From Candidatus Caldarchaeales archaeon (GTDB taxonomy: Archaea > Thermoproteota > Nitrososphaeria_A > Caldarchaeales > Wolframiiraptoraceae): 64,000 nucleotides of DNA. How positions within the stretch are numbered: position 1 is the first letter of the stretch; each line of letters opens with the position of its first letter. Both the position numbers and the translations under genes were made by a program. Location: positions 128,001-192,000 of the forward strand of contig JBCNVN010000001.1 of NCBI GenBank assembly GCA_039630055.1. The letters are read 5' to 3'. Below are positions 59,455 to 64,000 of the stretch, piece by piece. The notes below the pieces were generated by a model, which saw only the letters and a list, made by a program, of their open reading frames with translations, was not told the DNA's origin and searched no databases.

Positions 59455-60599
59455 TGTCCAGCGAGCTTAAGCTCTTAAAGCCGGGGATACACTTTATGAT
59501 GGGTAATATAGCTTGTGCAGAGGCTGCGTTGATAGCTGGATGCGGATTTTATGCAGGATATCCAATAACACCCTCCAATGAAATAGCTGAGCATATGAGT
59601 AGAAGGATGCCTGAATTGGGAAGACATTTTATACAGATGGAGGATGAGATAGCAAGTATAGTAGCAGTTCTCGGCGCTTCTGCAGGAGGGGTGAAGAGTA
59701 TGACCGCTACATCCGGTCCAGGCTTCTCATTAATGATGGAGACGATTGGTTTATCAGCTATGCTCGAGCTCCCATGTGTAATAGTAGATGTTCAGAGAGC
59801 GGGGCCGAGCACAGGGATCCCCACCTTTGTAGGTCAAGGAGATGTCATGCAGGCTAGATGGGGATCTCATGGAGATTATGAGCTAGTAGTCTTCTCACCA
59901 TCATCCGTTCAAGAATTCTTCGATCTAACTATTGAAGCATTTAATGTATCGGAATGGCTGCGGATACCAGTGATCGTTCTGTCAGATGAGGTCGTAGGTC
60001 ACATGTACGGTAAACTTGAAGTCCAGCCATACGAAAAGATCACAATAATCAATAGAAAGAAGTATGATGGAGCTAAAGAAGATTATCTTCCATACGATTA
60101 TGAGACACTAGTCCCATACTTTGTAGCTGCTGGGGATGGATATAGAATACATATGACTGGCTTGACACATGATGAGAGAGGATATCCATCTCTAGAGATA
60201 GAAGACTCTAATAAACTTATAGAGAGACTGGTTATGAAGGTGAGGAAGAATGCAAGAAACCTATGGAAATACGAGAGCTACTTCATAGATGATGCGGATG
60301 TAATCGTTATAACCTTTGGCATAACAGCTAGATCGGCGACAGAAGCAGTTAAGAGAGCGAGAAGTGAGGGTTTGAAAGTTGGTCTACTCAAACTATTGAC
60401 GCTGTGGCCTTTCCCAGAAGAACCTGTTAAGACCGCTACCCAGTATGCGAGGAGAGTTCTCGTAGCCGAGATAAATATGGGTCAGCTAATCCATCCGGTT
60501 AAAGAGGTTGCAGAATGTCCAGTAGCAGGAATAAATTATCCAATAGGTTACGTTCCACCACCAGAATATATTCTAGACGGTATTAGGGCGGCGGTGTGA
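59454..60599 (+). CDS. korA: 2-oxoacid (2-oxoglutarate-type):ferredoxin oxidoreductase alpha subunit
   Basis: GYPITPS, QMEDEIAS, TSGPGFSLM, QRAGPSTGIPT, TGLTHDERG. Confidence 0.92.
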   Translation: MSSELKLLKPGIHFMMGNIACAEAALIAGCGFYAGYPITPSNEIAEHMSRRMPELGRHFIQMEDEIASIVAVLGASAGGVKSMTATSGPGFSLMMETIGLSAMLELPCVIVDVQRAGPSTGIPTFVGQGDVMQARWGSHGDYELVVFSPSSVQEFFDLTIEAFNVSEWLRIPVIVLSDEVVGHMYGKLEVQPYEKITIINRKKYDGAKEDYLPYDYETLVPYFVAAGDGYRIHMTGLTHDERGYPSLEIEDSNKLIERLVMKVRKNARNLWKYESYFIDDADVIVITFGITARSATEAVKRARSEGLKVGLLKLLTLWPFPEEPVKTATQYARRVLVAEINMGQLIHPVKEVAECPVAGINYPIGYVPPPEYILDGIRAAV

Positions 60600-61468
60600 T
60601 GGGGATGGCTCAGAAACAGATTCTGAGAGAAAATATCGTTGGAGAAACCCCGAGAGATGACCTTATAAGGAAAGATAGATTTCCTCACATATGGTGTCCA
60701 GGATGCTCTTTAGGAACGGTCTTGAAATGCTATGTAGAAGCTATCGCATCTTCCAATATACCTGTAGATAAGCATGTGGTGGTATCAGGGATAGGTTGTA
60801 CTGGTAGGATTGCTGGATACGTTAAACTCGACTCTTATCATGTTACACATGGAAGACCGATAGCATTTGCTGAAGGTTTAAGGATCGTTAGACCAGACTT
60901 AGAAGTAACAGTTATCAGTGGAGACGGAGACCTAGTGACCATAGGTGGAAACCATTTCATACATGCCATTAGAAGAAATGTCGATATAAACGTCTTCCTC
61001 GTCAATAACTTCATATATGGGATGACTGGGAACCAGATGGGATCAACCACACCAATAGGAGCGAAGAGTTCTACGAGCCCATATGGTTGCCCAGAACACC
61101 CATTCAATCTTCCTCTACTAGTAGCATCCCTAGGAGCGCCATTTGTCGCAAGATGGACTACCCTTCATGCTAGACAACTTGCAGATGCGATGAAGAGAGC
61201 TATGCAGGTTAAAGGATTTGCATTTATAGAGATAATAACCTCATGTCCGGTTGGATTCGGATCATATAATGAGTTGAGAGATGGTCTAGACTTCATAAAA
61301 CTATTCAGAGAGAGCTGCGTAGTAGATCATACAGCAGATCTTAGCAAAGTTGGAATTACACTAAGACCTGGTGAGCCTATAATTCTTGGAAACTTCGTTG
61401 ATAGAGAGGTCCCAAGCTATCATGATCTGGAAAGAGAGGTTTTCAAGAAGGCTGGGTGGTTAAAGTGA
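60596..61468 (+). CDS. korB: 2-oxoacid:ferredoxin oxidoreductase beta subunit
   Basis: WCPGC, SGIGC, HGR, GDGD..IGGNHFIH, YGMTGNQ, CP. Confidence 0.92.
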   Translation: MMGMAQKQILRENIVGETPRDDLIRKDRFPHIWCPGCSLGTVLKCYVEAIASSNIPVDKHVVVSGIGCTGRIAGYVKLDSYHVTHGRPIAFAEGLRIVRPDLEVTVISGDGDLVTIGGNHFIHAIRRNVDINVFLVNNFIYGMTGNQMGSTTPIGAKSSTSPYGCPEHPFNLPLLVASLGAPFVARWTTLHARQLADAMKRAMQVKGFAFIEIITSCPVGFGSYNELRDGLDFIKLFRESCVVDHTADLSKVGITLRPGEPIILGNFVDREVPSYHDLEREVFKKAGWLK

Positions 61469-61992
61469 GATGGGATATTAGATGGGCTGGATTCGGTGGT
61501 CAAGGAGTTATTAGAGCTGGAGAGCTACTTGGGAGAGCCGCTGTGAGACAGGGATTGGACTCTGCTATGAGACCTATGTATGGTCCCGAGAAGACGGGTG
61601 GATGGTCTAGAGCCGATGTAGTCATCTCAGATCAGCCGATAATCTTCCCCCTAATAGTTAGACCCGATATACTCGTAGCTATGTCTCAAGATGGTATGAA
61701 TAGGGATGGTGCATCCCTCAGAAAAGATGGATACTTACTGATAGATGGAGAATTGGTGAAGGATATAAGATGTCATCCTTCCAAGATATACTCTGTCGAG
61801 GCAACTAGCATAGCAGATAATCTAGGAAGAAGGATAATGGCGAACATCGTTATGCTGGGAGCTTTTACCAAGGCATTCAAGATAGTGGACCGAGAGATTC
61901 TTCTAAAGACGATAATGGAGACTTTTCCAAAAGCTGCTGAACTCAATAAGAAAGCCTTCCAGCTAGGTGAAGAAAATTTGAAGGAGGTGTAG
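61456..61992 (+). CDS. korG: 2-oxoacid:ferredoxin oxidoreductase gamma subunit
   Basis: AGFGGQG, YGPEKTGG, ANIVMLGA. Confidence 0.88.
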   Translation: MVKVRWDIRWAGFGGQGVIRAGELLGRAAVRQGLDSAMRPMYGPEKTGGWSRADVVISDQPIIFPLIVRPDILVAMSQDGMNRDGASLRKDGYLLIDGELVKDIRCHPSKIYSVEATSIADNLGRRIMANIVMLGAFTKAFKIVDREILLKTIMETFPKAAELNKKAFQLGEENLKEV

Positions 61993-61998
61993 ACATAG

Positions 61999-64000
61999 TT
62001 GCCTGATGAGGTATTGGTTATAGGTGGAGGTATAGCTGGGATACAGTGTTCGTTGGACTTGGCCAATGCAGGTGTAAAAGTAGTTCTAGTCGAGAAGTCT
62101 CCGACCATCGGTGGGAAGATGGCTATACTAGATAAGAACTTCCCAACACTAGACTGTTCTATCTGTATCGAGGCACCTAAGATGAGCGAGGTTGGGAAGC
62201 ATCCCAACATAGAACTACTAACTCTAGCCGAGGTAGTGAATGTAGAGAGAGATGGTAAAGACTATGTGGTTGAGATATATCAGAAGCCTCGATATGTAAC
62301 AAGCGAATGTAGTAGATGTGGTCTCTGCATAGATGCATGTCCCGTACTCTTGAAGAATGAGTTCGATTATGGAATGGCTGTTAGAAAAGCGATATATACC
62401 CCTATACCTCAGTCAGAGCCTGGAGCATACGTCATTGATATCGAGAACTGCTTGAACAAGCCTCCAAACTATCTTCCATGCGATAGATGTATCCAAGTAT
62501 GTGGCCCGAAATGCATAGACTTCTTCATGAAGCCTAAACTGATAAAGAAGAAGGTCAAGGCGATAATCATAGCAACAGGGTTCGAGGTCTTCGATGCAAC
62601 GAGAATACCTGACTATGCTTACGGACTACATCCAGATGTATTAACCTCTATCGAGTATGAAAGACTTCTACAATCGACCGGTCCAAGCGGAGGAGAGATA
62701 GTCAAACCTAGTAATGGAAAACATCCTGAGAATATACTATTCATACTCTGTGTTGGTTCGAGAGATCCTAGATATAACAGATATTGTTCAAGGTTCTGCT
62801 GTATGTATACTATAAAAGAGGCGGTCCAGACGGTGGAACATGGAATAAAGAATGTAGACATACTCTACATGGATATCCGAGCATATGGTAAAGGGTTTGA
62901 TGGATTCTATAAGAGGGCTAAAGAAGAGGGTGTAAGATTCATAAAAGGGAGGGCTGGAAGAGTAATACCGGATGGAGAGAAGCTGAAGGTAAGATTTGAA
63001 AATATTGCTGATGGAAGGATGGAGGAGAAAGATTATGATATGATTGTTCTAGCAGTAGCTTCAGAGCCTCCGCCAGACCTAGCCAAATTGGCGAAAATAC
63101 TAGGTATAGAGTTGGATGAAGATGGCTTTGTCAAGACTACACCTATAAATGGAAAGATGGTGGCCACAAGCCGGGAAGGGATCTTCGTCTGTGGAGGAGC
63201 CTCAGGCCCCAAAGACATCGCAGATAGTGTTACAGAAGCGGGAGCAGCAGCCTCTGCAGCACTTGAATATATAAGAGAGAAGAGCTGGCCCTCGGAGGAG
63301 TTTAAAGAGACCATCCCATCGGAGGGAGAGCCGAGGGTAGGTGTATTCGTATGCCATTGTGGGTCGAATATCGCAGGGGTAGCAGATGTTAAATTGCTCG
63401 CTGAAGAGGCTGGAAAGATCCCTGGCGTAGTCCACTCTGAAGATCTTAGATTTGCATGCGCAGGAGTATATACAAAGTACATTGAAGAAGTTATTAAAGA
63501 GAAGAAGATAAATAGGCTCGTCGTAGCCGCATGCTCTCCTAAAACTCATACAAACGTATTTACTGGAGCTGCGATGAGGGCAGGCTTAAACCCCTACCTA
63601 TTCGAGATGGCGAATATAAGAAATCTAGATACATGGGTTCATGCAGCTTATCCGAAGGAGGCAACAGAGAAAGCTCTAGACATGATAAAGATGGCGGTCG
63701 CCAAGGCGAAGCTGCTCAAGCCGCTTCACGTCGTCAAGCTTCCAGTAACTAGAAGAGCATTAGTCGTTGGAGGAGGTGTAGCAGGGATGGCGGCGGCCAC
63801 CAGCTTGGCTCGTCAAGGTTTCGAAACATACCTTGTAGAAAAAGAAGATCGGTTGGGAGGACTATTGAGATACTTGGATACCATAGCGCCAGAGAATATT
63901 AAGGCAGAAGACCTCCTCAAAGAGATGGAGAGAGAACTATATGATTCTGGGGTAAGGGTAATTCTCGGAGCAAAGATAGAGTCTGTCAGCGGATATATTG
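61999..64000 (+). CDS. hdrA: Heterodisulfide reductase subunit A-like flavoprotein with tandem HdrA modules (runs off right edge)
   Basis: Hand translation from TTG 61999: VLVIGGGIAG, GGKMAILDKNFPTLDCSICI, CSRCGLCIDACP, CVGSR, YCSRFCCMY, then RVGVFVCHCGSNI, AACSP, NIR and a second ALVVGGGVAG. Not in ORF track. Confidence 0.93.
   Translation, partial: MPDEVLVIGGGIAGIQCSLDLANAGVKVVLVEKSPTIGGKMAILDKNFPTLDCSICIEAPKMSEVGKHPNIELLTLAEVVNVERDGKDYVVEIYQKPRYVTSECSRCGLCIDACPVLLKNEFDYGMAVRKAIYTPIPQSEPGAYVIDIENCLNKPPNYLPCDRCIQVCGPKCIDFFMKPKLIKKKVKAIIIATGFEVFDATRIPDYAYGLHPDVLTSIEYERLLQSTGPSGGEIVKPSNGKHPENILFILCVGSRDPRYNRYCSRFCCMYTIKEAVQTVEHGIKNVDILYMDIRAYGKGFDGFYKRAKEEGVRFIKGRAGRVIPDGEKLKVRFENIADGRMEEKDYDMIVLAVASEPPPDLAKLAKILGIELDEDGFVKTTPINGKMVATSREGIFVCGGASGPKDIADSVTEAGAAASAALEYIREKSWPSEEFKETIPSEGEPRVGVFVCHCGSNIAGVADVKLLAEEAGKIPGVVHSEDLRFACAGVYTKYIEEVIKEKKINRLVVAACSPKTHTNVFTGAAMRAGLNPYLFEMANIRNLDTWVHAAYPKEATEKALDMIKMAVAKAKLLKPLHVVKLPVTRRALVVGGGVAGMAAATSLARQGFETYLVEKEDRLGGLLRYLDTIAPENIKAEDLLKEMERELYDSGVRVILGAKIESVSGYI

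Noticed and set aside
761-61992. Reductive TCA carbon fixation inferred from ppcA, malic enzyme, por and kor
   Set aside because: These enzymes are equally used in heterotrophy, and no citrate-cleaving enzyme is present in the window.
2907-63549. Many short ORFs antisense to or nested in well-supported genes (e.g. 2907..3218, 8234..8584, 17361..17702, 19322..19735, 26703..27101, 55090..55566, 61773..62210, 63033..63482)
   Set aside because: Shadow ORFs with no recognisable motifs that overlap conserved genes.
61999-64000. Selenocysteine (TGA) recoding in hdrA
   Set aside because: No in-frame TGA was found in the segments translated by hand, and the Cys motifs use TGT/TGC.

Overview
Gene-dense archaeal chromosomal window, mostly housekeeping and central metabolism. 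Archaeal markers include intron-containing tRNAs, thermosome, prefoldin, aIF2 alpha/beta, Nop10, S27e, proteasome beta, AglB, PpcA and RibK/RibL. NuoD ends in YWSLNYWPVEADR and Dph5 carries a DUF357-like tail, which points to TACK, probably an anaerobic Aigarchaeota/Caldarchaeales-like lineage (inference). No rRNA, CRISPR array, integrase or transposase was seen. Most notable: (1) an AT-rich-flanked island at about 19.9-23.4 kb with an intact Tat-exported flavin reductase, a fragment of a paralogue and a frameshifted ApbE flavin transferase; (2) a tRNA-Gln(TTG) with two introns, the second complementary to its own D-arm; (3) two 2-oxoacid:ferredoxin oxidoreductase operons, the second running into a tandem HdrA-type flavoprotein; (4) a lipA-lpdA-lipB cluster whose lpdA is broken by clustered frameshifts; (5) genes missed or mis-started by the ORF track (thrS, a CdrS-like RHH, nop10, hdrA, a probable CTG start). 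All calls come from motif recognition by eye. No database searches were run.
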